This document shows positions 49,453-59,551 of a DNA stretch of 64,000 nucleotides, one piece after another. Position numbers and translations under genes: made by a program. Positions within the stretch are counted from its first letter, which is position 1; each line of letters begins with the position of its first letter. The notes below the pieces were generated by a model. It saw only the letters and a program-made list of their open reading frames with translations, was not told the DNA's origin and ran no database searches. This DNA comes from an uncultured Verrucomicrobiae bacterium (GTDB taxonomy: Bacteria > Chlamydiota > Chlamydiia > Chlamydiales > Rhabdochlamydiaceae), in assembly GCA_963718565.1 (NCBI GenBank), contig OY970364.1, positions 384,001 to 448,000 of the forward strand, in the 5' to 3' direction.

Positions 49453-49624
49453 TATACGGCGCGCGGTTAGGTTTGGCGAATTTTGACAGGCTGCGACTTT
49501 GCCAAATTGATCCTTCTCGCTCGCCTTGCTATTCAGCAATGGTCTCGCTCGTTCGGCCGCTTCGCTTCGATTTTGCTTCGTCTCGCAGAGTCAAAACTCA
49601 CCAAACCTAACCGCGCGCCGTATA
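49453..49624. mobile_element. MITE family C
   Basis: Same TIR as 40943-41114. Confidence 0.9.
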
Positions 49625-49802
49625 ACCTCTTGGTTTTCTGGGGTTAGATCTGTCATATTTAAAATAGTTTTTTGTCAACACGCCATTTCTGCTTTGTTTT
49701 TGCATCATGTTATTTTTAATGTTATTTTTTTATAGAAATTAATAACAGTTAATGATAAACTTATGAAAGTATGTAAAACATTATATAATATAAGAGGTAA
49801 TT

Positions 49803-50663
49803 ATGACTATAAATAGTTTAAATAATTCAGGGCGTATAGAAAGTGCAAGGCGTGTAGAAAACACAAGAAATTCAGATGTACTCAAACATATAACAGATTG
49901 GTCATTTTTAACAGATTGCTCACTTATAACAGATTACTCATTTTATTTTGTTCGGAATCCTGAAACAGGAGAAGAAACCCAACAAACAAGAACATATACC
50001 TTCGGGCAAAAACAACCTCTCGAGCAAGAACCCCTCCCCCACATCCCTCAAAACTCCATTATAGCAGATTACCGTATAACATATTACTCGCTTATAACAG
50101 ATTACTCATTTTATTTTGTTCGGAATCCTGAAACAGGAGAAGAAACCCAACAAACAAGAACATTTATCTTCGGGCAAGAACAACCTCTCGAGCAAAAACC
50201 CCTCCCCCACATCCCTCAAAACTCCACCTTGGGTCAAAGGCCCACCGTAAATCCAATGCATAGTATACAAAACATAATAAATTCAAATGTAGGCGATGCA
50301 AGACCTACCTTCGATCAAAGACCTCCTCCCGCCCACATCCCTCAAAACTCCACCTTGGGTCAAAGGCCCACCGTAAATCCAATGCATAGTATACAAAACA
50401 TAATAAATTCAAATGTAGGCGATGCAAGACCTACCTTCGATCAAAGACCTCCTCCCGCCCACATCCCTCAAAACTCCACCTTGGGTCAAAGGCCCACCGT
50501 AAATCCAATGCATAGTATACAAAACATAATAAATTCAAATGTAGGCGATGCAAGACCTACCTTCGATCAAAGACCTCCTCCCGCCCACATCCCTCAAAAC
50601 TCCACCTTGGGTCAAAGGCCCACCGTAAATCCAATGCATAGTATACAAAACATAATAAATTAA
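49803..50663 (+). CDS. 42-aa tandem-repeat protein (copy 2, lacks a C-terminal domain)
   Basis: Stops inside the fourth repeat, just before the duplication junction. Confidence 0.65.
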   Translation: MTINSLNNSGRIESARRVENTRNSDVLKHITDWSFLTDCSLITDYSFYFVRNPETGEETQQTRTYTFGQKQPLEQEPLPHIPQNSIIADYRITYYSLITDYSFYFVRNPETGEETQQTRTFIFGQEQPLEQKPLPHIPQNSTLGQRPTVNPMHSIQNIINSNVGDARPTFDQRPPPAHIPQNSTLGQRPTVNPMHSIQNIINSNVGDARPTFDQRPPPAHIPQNSTLGQRPTVNPMHSIQNIINSNVGDARPTFDQRPPPAHIPQNSTLGQRPTVNPMHSIQNIIN

Positions 50664-50705
50664 AAAATTCAAATGTAGGCGGCGCAAGATCTACCTTCGA
50701 TCAAA

Positions 50706-50888
50706 ATTTTCGTTGCTTTTGTCTTAGGGGTGACGCTTTATTTTTCCACACACTTTGAAAAAATGCTTGGGCAAAGAGGAATTAATATTGTCAACCGTCT
50801 CGCCGGTCTTATTTTGGCTGGCATGGCAGTCCAGACGCTTGCTAAAGGGATCATAGGATTATTCCCCTTCATGGGGCAGCCCCACTGA
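50706..50888 (+). pseudogene. duplicated 3' fragment of marC
   Basis: Matches 49210-49392. Confidence 0.88.
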
Positions 50889-50948
50889 GAATAGAATAAT
50901 CAGTTCTATTCTTCTCTCGTTCTGTCATAAAAATCCCCTCCTTCATAC

Positions 50949-51120
50949 TATACGGCGCGCGGTTAGGTTTGGCGAATTTTGACAGGCTGCGACTTTGCCA
51001 AATTGATCCTTCTCGCTCGCCTTGCTATTCAGCAATGGTCTCGCTCGTTCGGCCGCTTCGCTTCGATTTTGCTTCGTCTCGCAGAGTCAAAACTCGCCAA
51101 ACCTAACCGCGCGCCGTATA
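50949..51120. mobile_element. MITE family C
   Basis: Copy inside the tandem duplication. Confidence 0.9.
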
Positions 51121-51298
51121 ACCTCTTGGTTTTCTGGGGTTAGATCTGTCATATTTAAAATAGTTTTTTGTCAACACGCCATTTCTGCTTTGTTTTTGCA
51201 TCATGTTATTTTTAATGTTATTTTTTTATAGAAATTAATAACAGTTAATGATAAACTTATGAAAGTATGTAAAACATTATATAATATAAGAGGTAATT

Positions 51299-52273
51299 AT
51301 GACTATAAATAGTTTAAATAATTCAGGGCGTATAGAAAGTGCAAGGCGTGTAGAAAACACAAGAAATTCAGATGTACTCAAACATATAACAGATTGGTCA
51401 TTTATAACAGATTACTCATTTTATTTTGTTCGGAATCCTGAAACAGGAGAAGAAACCCAACAAACAAGAACATTTATCTTCGGGCAAGAACAACCTCTCG
51501 AGCAAAAACCCCTCCCCCACATCCCTCAAAACTCCACCTTGGGTCAAAGACCCACCGTAAATCCAATGCATAGTATACAAAACATAATAAATTCAAATGT
51601 AGGCGATGCAAGACCTACCTTCGATCAAAGACCTCCTCCCGCCCACATCCCTCAAAACTCCACCTTGGGTCAAAGGCCCACCGTAAATCCAATGCATAGT
51701 ATACAAAACATAATAAATTCAAATGTAGGCGATGCAAGACCTACCTTCGATCAAAGACCTCCTCCCGCCCACACCCCTCAAAACTCCACCTTGGGTCAAA
51801 GGCCCACCGTAAATCCAATGCATAGTATACAAAACATAATAAATTCAAATGTAGGCGATGCAAGACCTACCTTCGATCAAAGACCTCCTCCCCTCCTCAT
51901 CACTCAAAACACCACCTTTGGGCCAAATTACTCGCATGTCTTTGAGATGACTTATGACAAAGGGTTTATAAACTGCTCGAATTCCTTTAGTTCAAGTTCT
52001 GACAAAAAAAGGAAAGCAGTTCGATTATGGACGCCCATCAATAAAGAAACGCCCCATACCAATAAAGAATCAGAAAAGGCCAATCTAGCTCCCCGCATCA
52101 TCACTCAAAAACCCACCTCAGGAGCTCCTCAAGTCATTGTCCTCGATTCAGAAGAGGAGACAGTCGACTATCCTGTAGAGAGAGCCGAGTCTGTATCAAA
52201 GAAATCCAAAACAAGTGCTACCGAGTTACCACCTGTGGCCTGTTTTGGGGTTCTTTTTGATAGGGTTTTGTAG
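51299..52273 (+). CDS. 42-aa tandem-repeat protein (copy 3)
   Basis: Same N-terminus and repeats; different C-terminus containing KKRK. Confidence 0.75.
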   Translation: MTINSLNNSGRIESARRVENTRNSDVLKHITDWSFITDYSFYFVRNPETGEETQQTRTFIFGQEQPLEQKPLPHIPQNSTLGQRPTVNPMHSIQNIINSNVGDARPTFDQRPPPAHIPQNSTLGQRPTVNPMHSIQNIINSNVGDARPTFDQRPPPAHTPQNSTLGQRPTVNPMHSIQNIINSNVGDARPTFDQRPPPLLITQNTTFGPNYSHVFEMTYDKGFINCSNSFSSSSDKKRKAVRLWTPINKETPHTNKESEKANLAPRIITQKPTSGAPQVIVLDSEEETVDYPVERAESVSKKSKTSATELPPVACFGVLFDRVL

Positions 52274-53291
52274 TATACCGAAACAAAGTGAAGAATCGGT
52301 TTTTGGCTACGTTGGAAATTTCAGATTTAATACCCATTCTCTGAACGGCGCGCTCAAGCGCGCCGTTTTCAAATGTTCTTTCGAACAAACTTGAATCACT
52401 TTCCGGTATAGAAGCAACATTAGAGATCTGTTTTAACAGGTATTCCAAGAGTTCGGGAGAGCGTTCTTGGATCCATTGCTGCAATGTAAAAGTCGTAAAG
52501 AAAAGTTCTCTGGCTGCCTTAATCGGTGAATTTAAGGAGGGATCGGAATAATAGGATCCTAAATCGAATTCGACCGCCTGTCCTTCAATAAATCCAAAAT
52601 TGATTCGCAGATTAGGATCGCGATCGCCAATTCCCTCTCCACAACGCCGTAGGATTAAAGAAACAAGAGAATCGATCGCTCGTTTTCCCTCTTCTATCCG
52701 TTCTTCTTTTAGCAATCCTTGTAAGTAAGGAAAAAGCAGGTCTGCTTTTTTTTGCAGGGCAAATCCGGTTTGGCTTAAATTGAGATGATGCGGAATTCCC
52801 CAGACATCGATCAATGTAATATCGCGATCAAAGTGCGCATTGGGTTGAAGGCAAAGGTAAATGAGGCCTGTCTCTTTTTTGAGCTTACTTGAAGCGAGAT
52901 CACAACTCCTAAAAAAAGCGGGATGCCTTTTATGCCACTGTTTTTTTTCGATAGATAATATTTTCCCCATTCGCCATGCATCGGCAATGCCAGGAAAGGA
53001 CAGGGAATAGAGGAAATGTTTATAAAAGAGCTGATGATATTTGAAGAGTTTGAGGATGGTCTTGCCGTCTTCTCCCAAGAAAACGTAAGAGGTTCCTCCC
53101 GCTCCAATCCAGCGAAAAGATTGATTGAGCATAACGTCCACATCGCAAGGAGGAGATTCTTCAATGCAAGGCTGGGGAGAAATGAGTTTTGAGAGTTTAA
53201 ATCCGCGATGTTGCAGATAATGGGTTCGCTCTAAGATGAGTGAAATCGTCAAGATCGCAAACATTGCCAATAGAAGGGATTTCTTTTTCAT
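52218..53291 (-). CDS. membrane-anchored protein-kinase-like protein
   Basis: IGAGGTSYVF, ILKLFK, GDRDPNLRINFG and EFDLG; C-terminus reads through an ERIC-like element. Confidence 0.7.
   Translation of the reverse strand: MKKKSLLLAMFAILTISLILERTHYLQHRGFKLSKLISPQPCIEESPPCDVDVMLNQSFRWIGAGGTSYVFLGEDGKTILKLFKYHQLFYKHFLYSLSFPGIADAWRMGKILSIEKKQWHKRHPAFFRSCDLASSKLKKETGLIYLCLQPNAHFDRDITLIDVWGIPHHLNLSQTGFALQKKADLLFPYLQGLLKEERIEEGKRAIDSLVSLILRRCGEGIGDRDPNLRINFGFIEGQAVEFDLGSYYSDPSLNSPIKAARELFFTTFTLQQWIQERSPELLEYLLKQISNVASIPESDSSLFERTFENGALERAVQRMGIKSEISNVAKNRFFTLFRYTTKPYQKEPQNRPQVVTR
52274..52410. mobile_element. ERIC-like MITE (family E)
   Basis: TATACCG...CCGGTATA ends; segments shared with 54919, 63318 and about 47191-47242. 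Confidence 0.7.
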
Positions 53292-54283
53292 CGACAGATT
53301 TCTTCAGACACTCTTTCTTCGAGATAACCAAAGAGTTCAGGATAATGTTTTTGTAGCCACTTTTTCAACTCTAAAGTGGCATAGAAAAGCTCCTGTTTAT
53401 AAACCCAAGGTTCTTGCATATGTCTGTCGACGCTAAAAGATCCTGTGTCAATTTCAACAGCTTGATTGCCAATGAACCCAAAGTTTTTATTGAAAACATC
53501 TCTATCAGCAAAGCCTTTTTTGCAACGCATTACAATCAAATGCAGGAGTGAATCGATGCTTTTTTTAGCCTCTTCATGCCTTTTGTTGTTGTGAAGCATG
53601 GTAAAATGATGCTCAAGAGGAACAGCGCTCTTTTGCAGAAAGAATCGCGCGGAGTCCACATTGATCTCATGTCGGATGGCATTCCCATCGTATAAGGTTA
53701 GAGTTTGGCAAAGATGATCGGTGGGATTGAGATGCAAATAAAGTAGCCCTGTTTCTTCTTTTAAATTGTCGTAGGCGAGCTTTATGCTGCTAAAGGTCCT
53801 CTGAATTCGGAATTCGCGAATCCCTAAAAAGCGCTGAAGCCAATGATGGAACGGAGTGGGTAGGTTAAGGCGCGTGAGAGGATGATCGGAAAGTGTCCCC
53901 GCATAAGCGCTATAGTCTTCCGCAAAAAGTCCTCTATTAAAGTAAACCGGACGAGCTTGGTCCAATTTAAAGAATTTGATCACAGCTTGACCGTCTTCGC
54001 TCATAAAAGCAAAACACTCACTACCCACTCCAATCAAGTAATAAGGTTGGGACAAAAGTCTCTTCATTTGATGTTCTTCTTCTCTGGAGAGAGAGGGAAC
54101 ATCCCATTGTTGCTGATAAGAAAGATCATCTGTTTGAATTTTTTGTAAACAAAACCCGAGAGTTTTGAGCTCGATCAGTTGCTGAAGGCCAACAAAGAGA
54201 GCAAATCCGCTGAAAATCTTCAAAAAAAGAGCTGAGATTCTCTTAAGACGGATCGTGAACGCTAATAAATTTATCTTTTCCAT
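53288..54283 (-). CDS. membrane-anchored protein-kinase-like protein (paralogue)
   Basis: IGVGSECFAF, VIKFFK, ADRDVFNKNFG and EIDTG; start uncertain. Confidence 0.7.
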   Translation of the reverse strand: MEKINLLAFTIRLKRISALFLKIFSGFALFVGLQQLIELKTLGFCLQKIQTDDLSYQQQWDVPSLSREEEHQMKRLLSQPYYLIGVGSECFAFMSEDGQAVIKFFKLDQARPVYFNRGLFAEDYSAYAGTLSDHPLTRLNLPTPFHHWLQRFLGIREFRIQRTFSSIKLAYDNLKEETGLLYLHLNPTDHLCQTLTLYDGNAIRHEINVDSARFFLQKSAVPLEHHFTMLHNNKRHEEAKKSIDSLLHLIVMRCKKGFADRDVFNKNFGFIGNQAVEIDTGSFSVDRHMQEPWVYKQELFYATLELKKWLQKHYPELFGYLEERVSEEICR

Positions 54284-54695
54284 ATTCTAATAGTTTTTCA
54301 TCACATGTAATTAATACCGCATTTTCCTCATGAGCGGTGGCGACTAAAATACGATCAGCTGGATCACCATGCATTGTACCCGGCAAACGAGTGCTTTGAA
54401 TTGCAATTCGAGGGGGGATTGCGACGATTCTAATCCCTGGAGTATCAAGTGCTTGGTCTATCCACTCTTGTGAATCCATATCGATTTGAATACGTCTTTT
54501 TTCCACAAGCATCCCAATTTCCCAGATGGAAATTGGAGAAATTAGGACGCCATTATTTTTCAAGGAGTGCTCGATGGCTTTGCGAAAATTTGGCTTTAAA
54601 ATCGTGTTCCCTGTCATTGCCCAAAGCCAAACATGCGTATCAAGGACTAATTTATGCTGCTTTAGATGTTCAACGATTGGCATCCCAAGCCTCAT
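54243..54695 (-). CDS. vapC: VapC PIN-domain toxin
   Basis: LDTHVWLW, SIWEIG, HGDPADRILVATA and LITCD motifs. Confidence 0.92.
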   Translation of the reverse strand: MRLGMPIVEHLKQHKLVLDTHVWLWAMTGNTILKPNFRKAIEHSLKNNGVLISPISIWEIGMLVEKRRIQIDMDSQEWIDQALDTPGIRIVAIPPRIAIQSTRLPGTMHGDPADRILVATAHEENAVLITCDEKLLEYGKDKFISVHDPS

Positions 54696-54900
54696 CGATT
54701 GGCATCATTAAATCTCCTTTAATATGAACTGTTCCTTTTAGTTTTCCAAAGGCTTGTATCTCTTTTTCTTCTATTGGAACAAGTTGAGCTACTGGGATGT
54801 TTCGCTTTGTAATAATCACTTTTCTACGCGTTCGTCTCACTCGATCCATGACTTTAAGGCACTTGGCTTTAAAATGGCCTGCTTTCATATACTCTGTCAT
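54670..54900 (-). CDS. Phd/YefM-family antitoxin
   Basis: AGHFKAKCLKVMD...IITKRNIPVAQLVP; overlaps the toxin gene. Confidence 0.9.
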   Translation of the reverse strand: MTEYMKAGHFKAKCLKVMDRVRRTRRKVIITKRNIPVAQLVPIEEKEIQAFGKLKGTVHIKGDLMMPIDEAWDANR

Positions 54901-54918
54901 TGGTTACCCCTTTTCATC

Positions 54919-55084
54919 TATACCGGAAGTGATTCAAAAGTTGGAATTTTGGCAAGGCGGTCGCGTAAATTTTTTGTCTGGAGCGAGCGACCATTGTGCA
55001 AGCTACATAAACGCGAGTAAGGACGAAAAATTTACTGTATAGCCAACGCAGCCAAAAACCAACTTTTGAATCACTTCCGATATA
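54919..55084. mobile_element. ERIC-like MITE (family E)
   Basis: TIR TATACCGGAAGTGATTCAAAAGTTGG / CCAACTTTTGAATCACTTCCGATATA. Confidence 0.8.
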
Positions 55085-55161
55085 TATGGTCATATTAACA
55101 TGGTCATGAATTGTATGTCATCGTTAAAATGCTCAATGTGAAATATATTGACTTATTTACA

Positions 55162-55583
55162 GGGGGAATTGCAGAACTAACAAAACGGGGTGATTTTCTG
55201 GGGGAAATTATATTGACAGCTACGTTATCACAGTATTGGAGCAAAATTCAAGAAACACTTTTTCCTCAGCTGGAAGAACAGCTTGATCCGTTGACGGAAA
55301 AGCAGTAGCAGCTTGTTACAACTTTAGGATTAGTGCGCATTGAACAATTCCTTATTGTGACCTCAGCAGATGAATTTGGCGCCTGCAAGGTGAGGGTTCG
55401 TGGTCACTGCAAAGTGGCTTGTCACCTGATGTTTGGAGTCCTAGTTCTCGCAGCGGATCAGCTGATGAACCTCGTTGTGTAGTTTTGTAGTGCCGAAAAC
55501 AGCGACTTGACACTCTACAGAAACCAACTCGAATTCTCTTAATACCTTCTCATAGGGATTGAAAGGAGTTTTGTAATTCCCTC
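55162..55583 (+). mobile_element. internally deleted DDE IS (IS5/IS1182-like, family uncertain); probable parent type of MITE A
   Basis: Family A-type TIRs; N-terminal LSQYWSKIQETLFPQLEEQLDPLTEKQ*QLV fused to C-terminal DEFG..VRVRGH.KV.CHLMFG. Confidence 0.8.
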
Positions 55584-55645
55584 TAAAGTTTTTATTTTCC
55601 TGCCTAGATTGATTAAAAATCCCGTTTGGGTATATCTATGCAGGC

Positions 55646-56520
55646 ATGAAAAGAATTACACCGATCATCGGCATTCTCGCAATCTTGGGCGCGTTGCTCG
55701 CCGCTTTCTTTGTCTTGAGAAGTGAAAACGCCTTGCTTACGCATCCTAAAGGGATCATTGCACAAAGCGAACTGGATCTTATCGTCATCAATTACTGTCT
55801 CATGTTGATCGTGATTGTCCCGACGTTTATTTTGCTGTTTGTGACCATTCGGAAATATCATGCTAAAAATTCAAAGGTGAAAAGTGATCCGGAACACGCT
55901 CTTAGCGTTTTTGGCGAACTGATCCTGTGGATGATTCCTTCTATTGTGATTGCAGTCATGGTCGTCATCACTTGGAAGGCTGCACATGAACTAGATCCTT
56001 ATAAGCCGATCAAAAGCGAAGTTAAACCGCTCACGATACAGGTCGTGGCCCTCGATTGGAAATGGCTGTTTATTTATCCAGAACAGGGAATTGCGACATT
56101 GAATTTTGTCCAATTTCCAGCCGGTACTCCGATTCACTTTGAGCTCGCGGCAGATGGCTCTCCGATGAACTCATTTTGGATTCCACAACTGAGCGGACAA
56201 ATCTATTCCATGACAGGGATGACAACGCAACTTCACATCATGGCCGATGAGCCTGGGAATTTATTCAGGTAGAGCTGCTGAGATCAATGGAGAAGGATAT
56301 GCGGATATGACGTTTGTTGTAAAATCGACCTCCTCAACAGATTTTGATGATTGGGTGGCGCAAGTCAAACAATCCCCCCTGCAACTTACCGAAAGCATTT
56401 ACAACGAACTTGCCAAACCTTCGCTGAATCAATCCTATTACACTCTATTCTTACGTGGAAAAAGATTTATTTAATAAAATCGTTATGAAATATATGCATC
56501 CAATGCACACCAGGCATTAT
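55646..56520 (+). pseudogene. cyoA: cytochrome bo3 oxidase subunit II, frameshifted
   Basis: IQVVALDWKWLFIYP and MNSFWIPQL; two +1 shifts; 3' end uncertain. Confidence 0.85.
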
Positions 56521-58495
56521 GAAAAACTTCTTTTTTGGAAAACTGACATTAGACGCACTGCCTCATCATTGGTACACGATAGGGGGGACTGTTTTTATTA
56601 TGATCATGGGCATAGCGATTGCATTGTATCTCACTAAAACCAAGCGCTGGGGTTGGCTTTGGAATGAATGGCTGACATCTACCGATCCCAAAAAGATTGG
56701 AACCATGTACATGATCTTTGCTTCGCTCATGTTCTTTCGCGGAATGGTCGATGCGGCAATGATTTGGCTGCAGCAATCAATTGCTGCAGATTCGCAAGGA
56801 TATCTCAGTCGCAGATCATTTTCAGCAGATTTTTACTTCGCATGGCGACATCATGGTTTTTTTCGTGACGATGGGTTTTTTCTTCGGGCTCATGAATTGG
56901 ATCGTGCCGCTGCAAATTGGCGCTCGCGATTTGGCTTTTCCCTTCTTGAATTCACTCGGTTTCTGGCTCACTGTTGCAGGGGGGCTGCTGATTAATTTAT
57001 TTTTTATCATCGGCGGAGATTTTGCCAATACGGGTTGGCTTGCGATTGCTCCGCTATCTGAGCTTAGAATTTAACCCGGGCGTAGGAGTCGATTATTTGA
57101 TTTGGAGCTTGCAGCTATCAGGGCTTGGCAGTCTGCTTGCAGGAATTAATTTTCTCGTGACGATCATAAAAAAACGCGCTCCTGGGATGACTTTGATGAA
57201 AATGCCTCTTTTCGTCTGGACTTCTTTATGCGCGATGATTCTGATTATTTCCGCATTTCCTGTGCTCACCGCAACGACGTTGCTTCTTTGGCTTGACCGT
57301 ATTTTTGGAGATGCATTTCTTTACTGTGGGATACGGCGGAAATCAAATGATGTACTTCAATCTCATTTGGATGTGGGGCCATCCTGAGGTTTATATTTTG
57401 GTGATACCGGCATTTGGGATGTTCTCAGAAATCGTGTCTACGTTTTCGCAAAAAAAGATTTCTGGATATGTCTCGATGGTATGTGGCGGCGATTGCAATC
57501 ACTCTTCTTTCCTATTTGGTCTGGCTGCATCACTTTTTTACCATGGGTGCGGGTGCAGATGTGAATTCTTTTTTTGGCATTGTGACCATGTTGATTGCGA
57601 TACCTTCAGGAGTTCAAGTATTCAACTGGATTCTCACGATGTATAAGGGGAAGGTGACCTTTGCCTCTCCGATGTATTGGTTTATCGGGTTTTTTAGTCA
57701 TATTTATGATCGGAGGGATGGCCGGGGTGTTGATGGCATCTCCGCCTGCTGATTTTCAGGTGCATAATAGTTTATTTTTGGTTGCCCATTTCCATACGAT
57801 GATCGTCGGGGTTGCGCTTTTTGGAATTTTTGCGGGCATCACTTATTGGTTTCCCAAGATTTTTGGATTTAAACTCAATGAACGACTAGGCAAACGGGCA
57901 TTTTGGTTTTGGCTTGTCGGATTTTTTGTCGCTTTTATTCCACTCTATCTTTTGGGATTCATGGGAGCGACCGCGACGGCTCGATCACTATGCTGCCTCA
58001 ACCGGTTGGCAGCCATTATATATCACCGCAGCGATAGGATTTGTCCATCATTATATGCGGGGTCATCACTCAAGTATATCAACTCATCATAAGCATCAAG
58101 GAAAGAAAACAAAATTTGGACACCACAGGAGATCCTTGGAATGGGAGGACGCTTGGAATGGGCGACCTCTTCCCCGCCTCCTTTTTATAATTTTGCAGTG
58201 ATTCCCACGGTCACAAGCCATGAAGAATTTTGGGACATGAAAAAAAGAGGTCAGGCAGCTCTCAAAGCAATATGAAGACATTGAAATGTCCAAAAACACA
58301 GGGATGGGAATTTATATTTCTGCTTTTGCTTTCTTATTAGGGTTTGCGATTGTCTGGCATATTATTTGGCTTGCCATTCTCGGCTTTATTGGCGTCATCG
58401 CATGCGTCATCATCCGCTCTTTCGATGACGACATAGAATATGTGCTGACTGCAGAGGAGATCGAGAGAATAGAGAAGGTAAAAAGTCGAGGATAG
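56519..58495 (+). pseudogene. cyoB: cytochrome bo3 oxidase subunit I, frameshifted
   Basis: [16 protein letters not shown] and VAHFH intact across 10 successive frames (nine +1 shifts). Confidence 0.9.
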
Positions 58496-58500
58496 GAATC

Positions 58501-59086
58501 ATGCACGAGACAAAAGCTCTTTCTTGGTTTGATGACGTAAAGATTTTTGGGTTCTGGGTATATTTGATGACCGATCTGGTGATTTTTGCTGTGCTTTTTG
58601 CGACATTCATTGTTTTGCGCAATAATACATTCGGAGGGCCTTCAGCCTCGCGAACTTTTAGATTTGCCATCTGCTTTTGCAGAAACACTCATCTTACTTA
58701 CAAGTAGTTTTACTTGTGCTCTGGGTACGCTTGCCGTTCAACGCGAGCAAAAGAAGCTGTCCATTTTCTGGTTTCTGTTCACTTTCATTCTGGGAGTATC
58801 CTTCCTGATCATTGAATTGTCAGAATTTGCTTCCTTTGTTCATGAAGGGGCCAGTTGGCAGCGAAGCGCATTTCTTTCTTCATTTTTTACATTCGTCGGT
58901 ACTCATGGATTTCATATCTCTATAGGATTATTGTGGATGGTCGTTGAGATGTTCCGCATCGGACTGCGTCCTTTTTCAGCCCTTGGCATTTCCAGGATTT
59001 TCCGAATGGCCTTTTTTTGGCATTTCCTGGACATTGTCTGGATCTTTATCTTTACTGTTGTTTATGGAATGAGCCATATCTTATAA
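58501..59086 (+). pseudogene. cyoC: cytochrome bo3 oxidase subunit III, one +1 shift
   Basis: FGFWVYLMTD, FLSSFFTFVGTHG and FWHFLDIVW motifs. Confidence 0.9.
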
Positions 59087-59106
59087 ATATTTAAGCGGAC
59101 CTACTT

Positions 59107-59400
59107 ATGACGTCGCGTCTTTTCGGATTTATAGTATCACTCCTATTGAGCGGAGCAGCGTTTTTCATTTTTTTTCATCCTGATTTTTTCCATCTTGAGG
59201 TAAAAATGAACATGGCGCTTATTTTTGTTTTGGCTGTCCTTCAGTGTAGTGTTCAGTCGATCTTCTTCCTGCATATCCTGAGTGAAAAAGGAGTGCGCTG
59301 GAACTTAGTTGTTTATGCTTCTACGATTTCCATCATTTTCGTCATCATTTTCTTCTCGATTTGGATCATGGACAATCTCAATTATCGTATGATGATGTGA
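59107..59400 (+). CDS. cyoD: cytochrome bo3 oxidase subunit IV
   Basis: LAVLQ...FFLHI...SIWIMDNLN. Confidence 0.85.
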   Translation: MTSRLFGFIVSLLLSGAAFFIFFHPDFFHLEVKMNMALIFVLAVLQCSVQSIFFLHILSEKGVRWNLVVYASTISIIFVIIFFSIWIMDNLNYRMMM

Positions 59401-59465
59401 AAAGACAACCTATGTTAAAAATTTATTTGAAAAAAAGGGGGAAAGTAACGATATAAATGCTTAAA

Positions 59466-59521
59466 GAGGGAATTGCAAAACTCCTCGCCAGCAGAAAATC
59501 GAGGAGTTTTGCAATTCCCTC
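59466..59521. mobile_element. 56-bp shortened MITE A
   Basis: Both TIRs joined at TCGA; flanks TAAA/TATA. Confidence 0.85.
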
Positions 59522-59551
59522 TATAAGGAAGATGATTGTTCAAGAGGTTGC

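Larger units (their letters stand above)
49210..51890 (+). repeat. tandem duplication with 1496-bp period (marC 3' end + MITE C + repeat gene)
   Basis: Offsets 49453->50949 and 49803->51299 are both 1496; junction at about 50706. Confidence 0.9.

Noticed and set aside
40989..51231. Short ORFs MLFSNGLARSAASLRF... (40989, 49526, 51022) and those at 6053, 28915 and 39284
   Set aside because: They are translations of MITE sequence
47633..51890. 126-bp repeats as a CRISPR array
   Set aside because: The units are contiguous and in frame, with no unique spacers and no cas genes
22683..52273. Near-identical paralogue segments as a diversity-generating retroelement
   Set aside because: No reverse transcriptase in the window, and the differences do not look adenine-specific
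55646..59086. Programmed ribosomal frameshifting in cyo
   Set aside because: The sites share no slippery motif, and nine shifts in one gene would give negligible product
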